DNA of 64,000 nucleotides from an uncultured Acidobacteriota bacterium (GCA_963777605.1 CAVZRV010000007.1:864001-928000), one strand, 5' to 3'; shown: positions 20,262 to 30,896, numbered from the stretch's first letter. Notes: a model not told the origin generated them from the sequence alone. Numbers and translations are program-made.

Positions 20262-21485
20262 TTGACTGAAGGCACGCATTCGTCGAGTCTCACGGACGAG
20301 ATTATCGAGTCCGACTTCACTTACGGGGCCAGCAACTACGCACCGCTTCCCGTCGTCATCGAGCGGGGCGAGGGCGTCTACGTCTGGGATGTGGAAGGTC
20401 ATCGCTACTTCGACATGCTGAGTGCATACAGCGCGCTCAACCAGGGCCACTGCCACCCCAAAATCGTGAGCGCCGCAAAAAAGCAGCTCGATCGGTTGAC
20501 CCTGACTTCCCGCGCATTCCACAACAATGTGATGCATCTGTTTCTCCGTAAGCTCTGCTCGCTGACCGGATTCGAAAAGGTACTCCCGATGAACTCGGGG
20601 GCCGAGGCCGTTGAAACCGCACTGAAGGTGATGCGGAAATGGGGCTACGAGCAAAAGGGCATCCCCTCCAACGAGGCCGAGATCATCGTCTGCGAGGAGA
20701 ACTTTCACGGTCGTACGACGACGATCGTCGGGTTCTCCACCGATCCGGATGCCTATGAAGGGTTCGGTCCGCCGACCCCGGGATTCAAGATCGTTCCTTA
20801 CAACGACCCTGCCGCCCTGGAGCAGGCGGTCACTCCAAACACCTGCGGATTCCTTGTCGAGCCGATCCAGGGAGAGGCAGGGGTGAAAATCCCCGACCCT
20901 GGTTATCTCCGAAGCGTCCGGGAGATCTGCACGCGAAACAACGTTCTATTTTGCGCCGACGAAATCCAGACCGGGCTGGGAAGGACCGGCCGGCTGTTCT
21001 GCTTTGAGCACGACAACGTTCGTCCCGATATCGTGATCATGGGCAAGGCTCTTTCGGGGGGCCTTTACCCGCTTTCCGCGATCGCCTGCGACCACTCTAT
21101 TATGCAGGCCTTCAAACCCGGGACACACGGAAGCACCTATGGCGGAAATCCTCTCGCCTGCGCAATCGGCATTGCGGCTCTGGACGTGATTGTTGAAGAA
21201 GACCTGCCTGGGAAGGCGGCGGAGCAGGGAGACTACTTTGTCTCAAAGCTGAGCAGCCTGAATCATTCCAAATTGAAAAAAGTCCGGGGCAAGGGACTCT
21301 TGATGGCGGTGGAATTCACCGAACCGATTGCCAAACCTTTCTGCAAGAAGTTGAAATCTAAGGGGATTTTGGCAAAGGACACGCACGCCGTCACAGTCCG
21401 GTTTGCTCCGCCCCTCATCATTACTCGTGACCAGGTCGATGAAGCATTCTCCCTGATCCAGGAAGCTCTCGGAGAATTTGACTAG
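20262..21485 (+). CDS. rocD: Ornithine--oxo-acid aminotransferase
   Basis: SAYSALNQGHCHP, LTLTSRAF, PMNSGAEAVETA, DEIQTGLGRTG, GTHGSTYGGNP; TTG start after GGAGG. Confidence 0.92.
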   Translation: MTEGTHSSSLTDEIIESDFTYGASNYAPLPVVIERGEGVYVWDVEGHRYFDMLSAYSALNQGHCHPKIVSAAKKQLDRLTLTSRAFHNNVMHLFLRKLCSLTGFEKVLPMNSGAEAVETALKVMRKWGYEQKGIPSNEAEIIVCEENFHGRTTTIVGFSTDPDAYEGFGPPTPGFKIVPYNDPAALEQAVTPNTCGFLVEPIQGEAGVKIPDPGYLRSVREICTRNNVLFCADEIQTGLGRTGRLFCFEHDNVRPDIVIMGKALSGGLYPLSAIACDHSIMQAFKPGTHGSTYGGNPLACAIGIAALDVIVEEDLPGKAAEQGDYFVSKLSSLNHSKLKKVRGKGLLMAVEFTEPIAKPFCKKLKSKGILAKDTHAVTVRFAPPLIITRDQVDEAFSLIQEALGEFD

Positions 21486-21495
21486 AGGAGGAGCC

Positions 21496-22431
21496 TTGAA
21501 TATCCGAAACCGTCATTTCCTAACCCTGCGTGATTTTTCAGCCGAGGAGATCCTCGGAATCCTGGATTTCGCCCACGAAGTGAAGCGCCGGCAAAAAGAA
21601 GGAACGCCCTTTCACCCAATGAAAGGCAAGATGATGGCAATGATTTTTCAGAAGCCATCGCTCCGTACTCGTGTCTCCTTCGAGACCGGCATGTACCAGA
21701 TGGGCGGGAATGCCATTTATCTCGGCCCTGCGGAAATCGGGATCGGGAAACGGGAATCCGTCGAGGACATCGCCAAGGTTCTCAGCCGGCAGGTCGACGT
21801 CATCATGGCCCGCGTGTTCGGACATGGCATCGTCGAAGACTTGGCCCGCGATTCCTCAGTCCCGGTAGTCAACGGGCTCAGCGATTTCGTCCACCCCTGC
21901 CAGGCCCTGGCAGACTTCCAGACGATTCAGGAACGCGGAAAGACACTGCCGGGCCTGAAGCTGGCGTACATCGGCGACGGGAACAACGTGGCCAACTCGC
22001 TGATTTTCGGAGGAGTGTCGCTTGGTGTTCACGTCTTCACCGCCTCTCCCCAGGGCTACCAGGTCTCCCCAGACGTTCAGGGCTGGGCTCGGGACTTCAC
22101 CGGAGGCGGCGCCGGAACCCTGACGGTTACGGAAAGCGTTGAAGAAGCGGCTGACTCCGCCGACGTCCTTTACACCGACGTCTGGGCCAGCATGGGACAG
22201 GAAGCGGAAGCCGCGGCTCGCAAGCGTGCCTTCGACGGCTACCAGATCAACCGGCAGGTCCTGGACATGGCCAAGCCGGATGCCGTCGTCCTGCACTGTC
22301 TCCCGGCACACTACGGCGAGGAGATCACCCGCGAGGCCGTCGATTCACCCAATTCGGCGGTGTTTGACGAAGCCGAGAATCGCCTTCACGCCCAGAAGGC
22401 GCTTGTCGCCCTTCTGGCCGGTGAGCTCTGA
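21496..22431 (+). CDS. argF: Ornithine carbamoyltransferase
   Basis: KPSLRTRVSF, HPCQ, GDGNNV, DVWASMG, HCLP, AENRLH. Confidence 0.9.
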   Translation: MNIRNRHFLTLRDFSAEEILGILDFAHEVKRRQKEGTPFHPMKGKMMAMIFQKPSLRTRVSFETGMYQMGGNAIYLGPAEIGIGKRESVEDIAKVLSRQVDVIMARVFGHGIVEDLARDSSVPVVNGLSDFVHPCQALADFQTIQERGKTLPGLKLAYIGDGNNVANSLIFGGVSLGVHVFTASPQGYQVSPDVQGWARDFTGGGAGTLTVTESVEEAADSADVLYTDVWASMGQEAEAAARKRAFDGYQINRQVLDMAKPDAVVLHCLPAHYGEEITREAVDSPNSAVFDEAENRLHAQKALVALLAGEL

Positions 22432-22497
22432 CCAATCACGGGCGCCGCGTCGATCGTGGCGCCCTTTCCCAAACGCCCCCCGTATCGAGTCGTCCAA

Positions 22498-24597
22498 TTA
22501 GTGGGAGTTCAGCAGTGAGGACCGGTTGATTCGCTCCCCCTTGAAAATCACCGTAGAAATCCTCTCCAGTGCTGCGACATCCGTGGTCGGATCCCCATCC
22601 ACCAGCAGCAACGAAGCTTCATAGCCCGGCTTGATCCGGCCGATCCGATCGCCCGCTCCAACAGCATCTGCGGCGATGCTGGTTGCGGACCGCAACACAT
22701 CCACGGCCGGAATCCCGGCTCCGGCCCATGCCTGCAGCTCGTGGTGCAGGCTCGGTCCGTGAAGCAAAAGGGGTCTCCCGGCCTGGCTTCCGGGGATGAG
22801 CGTCACTCCAGCCTGATGAGCTGCTACGAGGGCTCTTCGGGCATTCTCAAACGCCTCTTCAGCCTCCTGCTTCGACGGTATGTCGGTCCTCAATACTCCC
22901 GCCCGCAGCTTCTCGCTCAACTGCTCAATAGTCTCGACCGACGCGACTTGCTGAACCAGGGAGCGTTCCAGCAAAGAGGGATCCCGTCGAACGAGCGCCA
23001 ACACCGCCTCGGGCCAGGCCAACGAAATTGAAAGGAGCACCTTCTTGGTCGCTGCCTGCGAAAGGGTCTCTCGCTCAAAAGGTTCGTCCGCAAAGGGACA
23101 TACGACCTGCTCCAAGCCGATCCCCAGGGCCGCCCGCAGGCCGGCGGCGGATTCCAGAACTCCGATCAGGGGAATCCCGGAACTGCGCCCCCGGCTGGCC
23201 AGTACCTGCATCATCCCAAGGTAGGGCTTTCTGGGCTGGCGCGGGATCTGAAAGATCAGGGAATCCGCATCCCGGGACTGGGTTACCGCCTGGCCCATGA
23301 AACTGGACCCTTCGCTGAAACCACCCTTGGCCCCGGCCGGAGCACAGGTGATCAATTCCGCCCCAAGGACCGCCCCTTCGGCGATTTCCGATTCCACGTC
23401 GTTCTGGAGTTCGATAGGTAGATCGACTCCCCGTACCGCGGTCACGCCACAGTAGAGCTGGGTAGCGAGGGCGTTCCGCAGCTTTTCCTTCGGATCGTCC
23501 TTGCGGGCCCCATCCACTCCGGCCGTCTCCCCCGGCAAAGAAAACGTGTCGATCAGGCCGGGCAGCAATGTCTTTCCGGACGCTGCCACAACCGTGACAT
23601 TCGACGGTATCGCGGTGTCCGCACCTCGCACGACCTCCTTGATCCTGCCGTCCTCGATCAGGACCGAACCGCGTTCCACGATTTCGCCGTCTCCCACGAA
23701 TATTCGGGCATCCTGGATCAGCAGGTTCTCCTTGCGCTGGAGTTCCCGGTACAGGATGCGGGCCCGCTCGATCTGGTCCTGCGAGAAAAACTGAACGGTT
23801 CCCAGCACAATGAACGGGGCAAGTGCGGCGAGGACCCATGCCTTCGACCGGGCCGGGACTTTCTCTTCCTTCTCCCATCGAAAAAGTTTCGCGGAAATGA
23901 AGGTTCCCAAAAAGATGGTAACGAAAAGGGCGAGCACAGGAATGGCATGGTGGAAGACCGACTCGTTCTTCAGGAAGACCCCTTGTAGCCCGCTCACCAG
24001 GTACGTAGCCGGCAGGTACTGGGAAACCAGTTGTACCCAACCGGGAAGCACGGTGATCGGGAAGAGAGCCCCGCTCAGAAAGAGCATCGGCGTGTAGAAG
24101 ATCTGGACCAGGATGTTGACTTCCTGCATCGAATTGGCGACCGCGGCAAGAATCAGCCCGAGGGCGCGGAAGGCGAGCAGGCCGCAGGTCAGGATCACCA
24201 TGAAAGAGAGCGGCCGCGAAGGCAGGGCCATCCCGTAGACCGAAACCGACAAACCGATGATGATGAGCACGGCCGGAACGTACAGGACCCATCCGGTGAC
24301 CAGAGATGCCACCAACAGTGGCGTGGAAGTAATCGGGGCAACCTTGAAACGGCGAAGAATGTGGTTCTCTCGATCGTGCACCGTCCGCATGCCGGCACCG
24401 AAAAGACCGTTCCCCAGGATCCCCATGAGCAGGACCATGCTCACAACGTAGGAAATGGACCCACCCTTGCGCGAATCGAAGAGCTCGGCGAAGGCGAAGA
24501 AGAAGATCAAGGGAAAGAGATAGCTGAAGAAGAGGACGCTCTTGTCCCGCAGCGCAAGCCGAAGATCGATCTTCACCAGTTCAACGTAGGCTCTCAT
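22498..24597 (-). CDS. ABC-2 type permease fused to a C-terminal amidohydrolase-fold domain
   Basis: The first ~270 aa are a multi-TM ABC-2 domain (FLSGALFP, FRWE). The rest has GSVLIEDGRI, GKTLLPGLID, GRIKPGYEASLLLVDGDP and VIFKGE. Confidence 0.85.
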   Translation of the reverse strand: MRAYVELVKIDLRLALRDKSVLFFSYLFPLIFFFAFAELFDSRKGGSISYVVSMVLLMGILGNGLFGAGMRTVHDRENHILRRFKVAPITSTPLLVASLVTGWVLYVPAVLIIIGLSVSVYGMALPSRPLSFMVILTCGLLAFRALGLILAAVANSMQEVNILVQIFYTPMLFLSGALFPITVLPGWVQLVSQYLPATYLVSGLQGVFLKNESVFHHAIPVLALFVTIFLGTFISAKLFRWEKEEKVPARSKAWVLAALAPFIVLGTVQFFSQDQIERARILYRELQRKENLLIQDARIFVGDGEIVERGSVLIEDGRIKEVVRGADTAIPSNVTVVAASGKTLLPGLIDTFSLPGETAGVDGARKDDPKEKLRNALATQLYCGVTAVRGVDLPIELQNDVESEIAEGAVLGAELITCAPAGAKGGFSEGSSFMGQAVTQSRDADSLIFQIPRQPRKPYLGMMQVLASRGRSSGIPLIGVLESAAGLRAALGIGLEQVVCPFADEPFERETLSQAATKKVLLSISLAWPEAVLALVRRDPSLLERSLVQQVASVETIEQLSEKLRAGVLRTDIPSKQEAEEAFENARRALVAAHQAGVTLIPGSQAGRPLLLHGPSLHHELQAWAGAGIPAVDVLRSATSIAADAVGAGDRIGRIKPGYEASLLLVDGDPTTDVAALERISTVIFKGERINRSSLLNSH

Positions 24598-25520
24598 TCG
24601 CGAAGGCTTCTCCCGGTGAGTTCAATAAAGACATCTTCGAGCGACGGCCGTTTCAGGGCGGCATCCGCCAATTCGACTCCGTGGGAATCAATCCACTTTA
24701 CGATCTCAACCAGCGCCTTCGCCGGCTGGGGCGAGAAAACCGTGAGGTGGCGACGGTCCTCGGACAGAACCGACTTGTCCGCGTAAGGCCAGCGGGGAAG
24801 CTCGACATTGGGAAGAGGGCTCTCGCACGACACCTCGATCAGCGAAGTTCCCAGCGTACGCTCCTGTAATTCGCGCGGGGTACCTTCAATAATGATGTTC
24901 CCACCGTCAATGATTGCAACCCGGTCACAGAGCCGCTCAGCTTCTTCGATGTAGTGGGTCGTCAGCAGCACGGTTCGTTTTTCGGATCGAAGCGATTGGA
25001 TCAATCCGTGAATCTCATGCCGTGCCTGGGGATCCAGGCCCGAAGTCGGCTCGTCGAGAAACAGCAACTGCGGGTCATTGATCAGCGACAGTGCCAGGAC
25101 CAGCCTCTGTTTCTGTCCGCCTGAGAGCTGGCCGTAGAAGGAATCCTGCTTCTCGGTCAACTGGAGTCGGTCCAGGAGTTCGAGAGTGTTGCGGCGAGTA
25201 CTGTAGAAGCTCGCAAAGAGTTCGACGGCTTCCCTGACCCGAATCTTTTCGGGCAGGTTGGTCGATTGAAGACTCACCCCGATGCGATCCTTCAATTGCA
25301 GATTCTGGGTTTCGGGATCAAAACCCAGCACGCTGACCGTTCCTGCGGTCCGGCTGCGCAAGCCCTCCAGGATTTCGACGGTCGTTGTTTTGCCGGCGCC
25401 GTTCGGCCCGAGCAGGCCAAAAACCTCTCCCGCCCGGACTTCGAAAGAAATCCCCTGCACGGCGGTGAATTCACCATACTGCTTGACCAGGGAGTTGACG
25501 AGGATTTGGGTCTCCATCAC
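24594..25520 (-). CDS. ABC transporter ATP-binding protein (DrrA-like)
   Basis: GPNGAGKTT, LSGGQKQR, LDEPTSGLD, TTHYIEEAE, SLEDVFIELTG. Confidence 0.93.
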   Translation of the reverse strand: MMETQILVNSLVKQYGEFTAVQGISFEVRAGEVFGLLGPNGAGKTTTVEILEGLRSRTAGTVSVLGFDPETQNLQLKDRIGVSLQSTNLPEKIRVREAVELFASFYSTRRNTLELLDRLQLTEKQDSFYGQLSGGQKQRLVLALSLINDPQLLFLDEPTSGLDPQARHEIHGLIQSLRSEKRTVLLTTHYIEEAERLCDRVAIIDGGNIIIEGTPRELQERTLGTSLIEVSCESPLPNVELPRWPYADKSVLSEDRRHLTVFSPQPAKALVEIVKWIDSHGVELADAALKRPSLEDVFIELTGRSLRE

Positions 25521-25609
25521 AGTTTGGCTTCCGGGGGACCGACCAAAGGGGGACGACCGGCGGCGGTTGTTTCAGCGCGCCGACGGTCCTTCCTCTTCTG
25601 GATTTCGGT

Positions 25610-26209
25610 TCACTCCTCTTCGGCAAGCTCCTTCAGACGGGCCTGGATGGACGGATCGGAGAGGAGCTCTTGCGCGGTGAACAGGGCATGGAACCGGTAC
25701 GCTTCGAGAGCTTCCCGTCCTCCCTGCTCCCGGTCAACCAGGCAGAATACCGCCGCCACTTTCATTCCCGCCTCCTCGGCGGCCCGGACAGCTTTCAGTG
25801 TCGAACCACCCGTTGTGCAAACGTCGTCAACGATGATCACCGCCATGCCTTCGCCGTTATCGAGGCCTTCAATGAACCTCTGCGTACCGTGCTTCTTCGG
25901 CTCTTTCCGAACAATAAAGGCAGGCAAAGGATGGTATTGCTCGCGGAGTGCATGACTGACCGCGGCGACGGAGGAGACAATCGGATCCGCTCCCAGTGTC
26001 AATCCGCCGATGGCCTCGGCCTCAATCCCTGCCTGCCTGGCACGGTCAAGAATCAGGGCCGCCGTCAGATAGGCGCCCTCCGGGTCAAGGGTCGTGAACT
26101 TGCTGTCAAAGTAGTAATTGCTCGTCTTCCCTGACACCAGGGTGAAGTGCCCCAACTTCAGCGATTTGCTCCGGAGGATCTCCAGGAGACGCGATCGTTC
26201 GTTTTGCAT
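25610..26209 (-). CDS. pyrE: Orotate phosphoribosyltransferase
   Basis: FTLVSGKTS, GGLTLGADP, VRKEPKKHG, VDDVCTTGGS. Confidence 0.93.
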   Translation of the reverse strand: MQNERSRLLEILRSKSLKLGHFTLVSGKTSNYYFDSKFTTLDPEGAYLTAALILDRARQAGIEAEAIGGLTLGADPIVSSVAAVSHALREQYHPLPAFIVRKEPKKHGTQRFIEGLDNGEGMAVIIVDDVCTTGGSTLKAVRAAEEAGMKVAAVFCLVDREQGGREALEAYRFHALFTAQELLSDPSIQARLKELAEEE

Positions 26210-26218
26210 GGAGTTGCC

Positions 26219-26716
26219 CTAATTGCTCCGGTAGTTGGTGAACTGCATGTCAATTCCAAAGTCCTGCTCTCGAAGCCGGGCGATGACTTCCTGGAGCACG
26301 TCCCTGACCGGGCCTGAGACTCTCACCGTGTCTCCCTGAAGCGATACCTGTACCTTTAGCTTCGTTTCCTTGATGAACTTGATGATCTCCTTGCCCTTCT
26401 CGGTGGGAATTCCCTGTTGCAGCTGGATCTTCTGCCGGACCGTACCTCCGGCGGCATCCTCGACCTTGTCAAAATTGAGTGCTTTCAACGAGACGCCGCG
26501 CTTGACCAGTCTTGCCTGGAGGATCTCGGAGAGACTTCTGAGCTTGTACTCGTCATCCGAGTGAAGCACCAGGTCCCCCTCCTCAATCTGGACATCACTG
26601 ACGCTCCCTTTGAAGTCAAAGCGCTGGTGCACCTCCTTCATCGTCTGGTTGACCGCGTTTCTGACCTCATTGAGGTCCGTGTTCGAAGAAATGTCAAAGG
26701 AGTTGCTTTTCGCCAT
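26219..26716 (-). CDS. yajQ: YajQ family nucleotide/c-di-GMP-binding protein
   Basis: SFDISS, RFDFKGS, KVQVSLQGD, QFTNYR. Confidence 0.93.
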   Translation of the reverse strand: MAKSNSFDISSNTDLNEVRNAVNQTMKEVHQRFDFKGSVSDVQIEEGDLVLHSDDEYKLRSLSEILQARLVKRGVSLKALNFDKVEDAAGGTVRQKIQLQQGIPTEKGKEIIKFIKETKLKVQVSLQGDTVRVSGPVRDVLQEVIARLREQDFGIDMQFTNYRSN

Positions 26717-26915
26717 AATAGATTCCTTGCCTTGTGGACAAACCCGGGGGAACAATGATTCTCCCCTTGAATTAGCGGGTATGTCAAACGGCAGCGGGCT
26801 GCCGCCCAATCGTTGCCGGCACCTTGAGATCGAAATCTTCCCGGGAAGGTGAAATCGTCCCCCTCGTGTCCTGAGTCAGGACACTGGTGGGGGGCCACTG
26901 ATAGAATCGTTCCCT

Positions 26916-27560
26916 ATGCGGTCTCCTCCGTTTCAGATTTCAATGGATCTCGACGGATGGCAACTCTTCTGGGCACACCTCGCGCTGAAGGGAGACGCCG
27001 CCGACTGGCAGGCAACGCTCGAAGAGGTTTCCTCTGAAGTGCGCACGGCTCTCAGTCTCAAGACGCTTTCCTCGCACCCTCCGGTCTCGGAAATGCGGAG
27101 GCTCTTTCGGGCAGCGGGTACCGATCCGACCCGCTATCGTCCGGCTTCAGAGGCGCTCCTGCGAAGGGTGCTCAAAGGCGATCCGCTGCCGAAGATTCAC
27201 CCTCTGGTGGATCTCAACAACTGCCTTTCCCTCCTGCTCTCGGTTCCCTGCTGCGTGATGGCCGAGGGGAGTTTCCAGCCTCCGCTTCGGTTTCGGGTCG
27301 GCACGGAAGGAGAGGAGTACCTATCATTGAAGGGGCCATTCCGCCTGGAGGGCCGTCCCCTTCTTCTCGACACCGAGGGTCCGCTGGATGCCCCGATCAC
27401 GGGAAGTGAGCGGGTCAAGATCGTTGCCACAACGACAGCAGCCTGGCTGGTTGCCTACCTCCCCGGGGCTGCGGTCTCATTTCGCCAGGCGGAGGCGGCC
27501 TTGAGCCGCCTGACCGGTCCCGATTCCGGTATCCAAGCCGACTCGATCAGCCTCTCCTAG
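26916..27560 (+). CDS. Stand-alone B3/B4 domain protein (PheRS-beta editing-like)
   Basis: GTDPTRYRPASEALLRRV, IHPLVDLNN. Confidence 0.82.
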   Translation: MRSPPFQISMDLDGWQLFWAHLALKGDAADWQATLEEVSSEVRTALSLKTLSSHPPVSEMRRLFRAAGTDPTRYRPASEALLRRVLKGDPLPKIHPLVDLNNCLSLLLSVPCCVMAEGSFQPPLRFRVGTEGEEYLSLKGPFRLEGRPLLLDTEGPLDAPITGSERVKIVATTTAAWLVAYLPGAAVSFRQAEAALSRLTGPDSGIQADSISLS

Positions 27561-27608
27561 TTGCATTATCGCGCTGATTCTGGGAGGTTTGGGAAAGGAG
27601 AGTTACGC

Positions 27609-28367
27609 ATGGAGTTGAGCATTCGGTCTGGCTTCCTGATTGGTTTCGTTTGGCTTTTCCTGTCGGGGGTGCCCGTGATGGGACAGGACGCCGCCAACGT
27701 CATTAACAAGATCGATCAGCTGTACCGAGCCGATTCGAGCCAGGGCACCATGGAAATGGAAATTTCCACGCCCGACTGGCATCGCACCCTGGTGATGGAA
27801 GTCTGGAGCAAGGGTCTCGACAAGACCTTCGTGCGCATCGAGAAGCCGGCGAAAGAACGGGGCGTTACCACCCTGCGAATCGGAAACGAGATGTGGAACT
27901 ACCTGCCCAAAACGAACAAGGTCATCAAGATTCCCCCTTCCATGATGATGAGTTCCTGGATGGGATCTGATTTCACCAACGACGACCTGGTCAAGGAGTT
28001 CACGTTTCTGGATGACTACAACTTCGAGTTCGTTCACCCCGACAACGCCGTCGAAGGTGAGCTATACATCAACTGCATACCCAAGGAAGACCGCCCCATC
28101 GTCTGGGGAAACGTTCTCATCGCGGTTCGTGCCGATACCCTCCTGCCGGTCTGGCAGAAGTACTTTGACGAAGGGAAACAGTTGATGCGCACGCTGACGT
28201 ACAGTGATGTGAAGGAGCTTGGAGGCCGCAGGATACCGGCTTCCATGGAGATGATTCCTGCCACCAAGGAAGGCCACCGGACGATTGTCCGCTACCGGGA
28301 AATTACCTTTAACGCAAACCTCTCCGAGGAAGTCTTTTCGCTCAGGAATCTTCGCGCCAATCCCTGA
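27609..28367 (+). CDS. LolA-like outer-membrane lipoprotein-sorting protein
   Basis: Signal peptide, MWNYLP, SWMGSDFTNDDL, FSLRNL. Confidence 0.82.
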   Translation: MELSIRSGFLIGFVWLFLSGVPVMGQDAANVINKIDQLYRADSSQGTMEMEISTPDWHRTLVMEVWSKGLDKTFVRIEKPAKERGVTTLRIGNEMWNYLPKTNKVIKIPPSMMMSSWMGSDFTNDDLVKEFTFLDDYNFEFVHPDNAVEGELYINCIPKEDRPIVWGNVLIAVRADTLLPVWQKYFDEGKQLMRTLTYSDVKELGGRRIPASMEMIPATKEGHRTIVRYREITFNANLSEEVFSLRNLRANP

Positions 28368-28442
28368 GCGGCGTTTCGATTCGCGGGATGGTCACAAACC
28401 CGGACCCGCTCTGCTTTCCTCCGGGCGCGAGGTGACTGGACA

Positions 28443-29660
28443 ATGCTGGTTCTCAAGATTGCATGGCGAAACATATTCCGGCAGCAAAGGCGGAGTGTCC
28501 TGACAATACTGACCATGTTCGGTGGCTTCACGCTTGCGGCAGTCTCAATCGGTTGGGCCGACGGCACCTACAACCGGATTATCAATGCGTTCACCCGGAA
28601 TCGACTGGGGCATATCCAGATTCACGCCAGGGGCTACCTTGACCGTCCGTCCATCCAGGACCGTATCGACAACTGCTACGCTGTCGGTAAAGAGGTGTCG
28701 GCTGTCCCGGGCGTGGAGGCGTGGGCTCCCCGGTTCCTCGCCGCCGGACTTGCATCGGTCGGTGACAGTACTGCAGGCATGAGTGTGATTGGCGTTGACC
28801 CGTCGCTGGAGTCGGCAGCGACCGGTTTCGAGCGCAAGATCGTCGAAGGGCGTTCCCTGGCTGAACAGTCCGCTCACGAAGCCGTGCTGGGAAAAGGCCT
28901 GGGAAGGCGACTCAAGGCGAAGATCGCTGATGAGGTAGTCATCGTCTCACAGGCGGCGGACGGCTCAATCGCCAATGACCTGTACAAGATCGTCGGTTTC
29001 CTCGAAAGTGGGGATGACTCCGCGGACCAGAGCAGTCTCTACCTCCACCTGGCGGACGCCCAGGAACTCTTTGCGCTGAAGGGGGCCGCCCACGAGATCG
29101 TCATCATCGTCGAGAGCCTCAATGAAGTCGAGCACGTAACCACATTGATCCGGGCGGCGCTGGCGAATACCAACCTCGACGTGGAACCCTGGCAGGAGTT
29201 CGCTCACTCCTTCTACGTGGCGATGCAGGCAGACAAGCGCGGCAACTGGATCCTTCAGGCGATCATCGTGTTGATCGTTGGTGTCGGCGTCTTGAACACG
29301 GTCTTGATGACCGTCCTCGAACGAACCCGCGAATATGGAGTCCTGCGGGCCGTGGGAACACGCGCGTCCGTTCTTTTTCCGATGATTGTCGGCGAGGTCA
29401 CTTTGATGGCGATCATCTCCATCGCCCTGGGCACGGTTGCCTCGCTCGGAGCCAACTACTGGTTGTCTTTGCACGGCATTGCCCTCCCTGAACCCTTTAC
29501 CTACGGAGGAATGGAATTCAGCCATTTCTATTCCGAGATCAATGCTCACAGCCTGTACATTCCAGCCTCCACGATTCTGATGGTCGCCGTCCTGGTCAGC
29601 CTCTACCCGGCCCTGCGGGCCTGCCGGATAGAACCCGCCCGGGCGCTGAGGATGCACTGA
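28443..29660 (+). CDS. ABC permease (LolE/MacB-FtsX family)
   Basis: AWRNIFR, GHIQIH, VLERTREYGVLRAVG, LYPA. Confidence 0.88.
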   Translation: MLVLKIAWRNIFRQQRRSVLTILTMFGGFTLAAVSIGWADGTYNRIINAFTRNRLGHIQIHARGYLDRPSIQDRIDNCYAVGKEVSAVPGVEAWAPRFLAAGLASVGDSTAGMSVIGVDPSLESAATGFERKIVEGRSLAEQSAHEAVLGKGLGRRLKAKIADEVVIVSQAADGSIANDLYKIVGFLESGDDSADQSSLYLHLADAQELFALKGAAHEIVIIVESLNEVEHVTTLIRAALANTNLDVEPWQEFAHSFYVAMQADKRGNWILQAIIVLIVGVGVLNTVLMTVLERTREYGVLRAVGTRASVLFPMIVGEVTLMAIISIALGTVASLGANYWLSLHGIALPEPFTYGGMEFSHFYSEINAHSLYIPASTILMVAVLVSLYPALRACRIEPARALRMH

Positions 29661-29663
29661 GCC

Positions 29664-30896
29664 ATGACCATCATGTTCTACCTTCGACTCGGAATCCGGA
29701 ACATGCTGCGCAACAAGCGTCGCGCGTTAATAGCGGGGACCGCCATCGGTCTCGGTCTGGCGGCCCTGATCTTCTCAGACTCCCTCATGCTCGGAATGGA
29801 AGAAAACCTCGTTGAGTCGGCAACCGGGACTTTCATGGGAGACGGGCAGATCCACCTGCGTGGCTACCGGGAGCTTCCCGAAGTCGAAAAAACGATTGCC
29901 GACAAGGACGCCCTCGAGAACCGGCTGCGCCATGATCCCCGGATCACTGCATTCAGCGAGCGTGTGATGTCGTTCGCGATGATCAGGTCGCCGTCCAACA
30001 TGGCCTCGGTCCAACTCGTCGGTATCGAACCCACGAGTGAAGCACGGATTTCGCAGATCGATGAAGCCATCGTTGAAGGCCGCTATCTGTCGCCGGACGA
30101 TTCCCACGGAATCCTGATTGGCTCCAAACTCTCCGAGATCCTCGACTCGAAGATTGGCGGTCGGGTTGTAATAACCGTTGCTGAAGCCCATTCCGGCGAG
30201 CTGTCTCAAGAGATGTTCCGGGTTGCCGGAATCTTCCATTTCAACGTGGCCGAGATGGATCGGGGCATGGTGTTCGTGCGGCTCGACCGCGCCCAGTCGA
30301 TGCTTGCCCTGGACTCTTCGATTCACGAGATTGCCTTGAAGATTGCCAAAGACGGCACCCTCGCAACCGAGACCTCTCCGGTTTGGGCTGAGTACTCGGA
30401 CCAGAAAAATGAAGCCGCCAGCTGGGCCGAACTGGTCCCACAAATCAAGATGGCTGTCGATCTATCCAATTTTTCGCTCCTCATTCTCGGACTGATCCTG
30501 TTTGCCATCGTGGCCCTGGGGATCATCAACTCGCTATTCATGTCGCTTCACGAACGGATGTTCGAGTTCGGGGTGATGCGGGCAGTGGGGACGCGTCCCA
30601 GCCGGATGGCGATTTTGATTCTGGTTGAGGCGGGTGCCCTCGGCGTGATCGCCGTCATCCTTGGAGTGGCCCTCGGCACACTGGCAGTCGCGGTGACCGG
30701 TTCGGTCGGGATCGACTACACCGGCATTGAGGCGATGGGAGTCACCTTTCGCAATCGCCTCTTTCCGCTCTTTCAGTTGAGGCAGTTCATCCTATATCCG
30801 GTGGCCGTGTTCCTGGTCACCCTGCTCATCGGATTGTATCCGGCCGTTCACGCCGCCCGAATGCAGCCGGCGAAAGCTATGCGGCGCAGTTTCTAG
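29664..30896 (+). CDS. ABC permease (LolE/MacB-FtsX family)
   Basis: IRNMLRNKRR, ERMFEFGVMRAVG, LYPA; paralog of the upstream gene. Confidence 0.88.
   Translation: MTIMFYLRLGIRNMLRNKRRALIAGTAIGLGLAALIFSDSLMLGMEENLVESATGTFMGDGQIHLRGYRELPEVEKTIADKDALENRLRHDPRITAFSERVMSFAMIRSPSNMASVQLVGIEPTSEARISQIDEAIVEGRYLSPDDSHGILIGSKLSEILDSKIGGRVVITVAEAHSGELSQEMFRVAGIFHFNVAEMDRGMVFVRLDRAQSMLALDSSIHEIALKIAKDGTLATETSPVWAEYSDQKNEAASWAELVPQIKMAVDLSNFSLLILGLILFAIVALGIINSLFMSLHERMFEFGVMRAVGTRPSRMAILILVEAGALGVIAVILGVALGTLAVAVTGSVGIDYTGIEAMGVTFRNRLFPLFQLRQFILYPVAVFLVTLLIGLYPAVHAARMQPAKAMRRSF

Noticed and set aside
21496-22431. N-acetyl- or N-succinylornithine transcarbamylase, suggested by SLRT
   Set aside because: DVWASMG, HPCQ and HCLP are those of ordinary OTC.
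23075-24292. 405-aa alternative-frame ORF inside the permease-amidohydrolase gene
   Set aside because: Arg/Gly/Pro-rich off-frame product expected in high-GC DNA.
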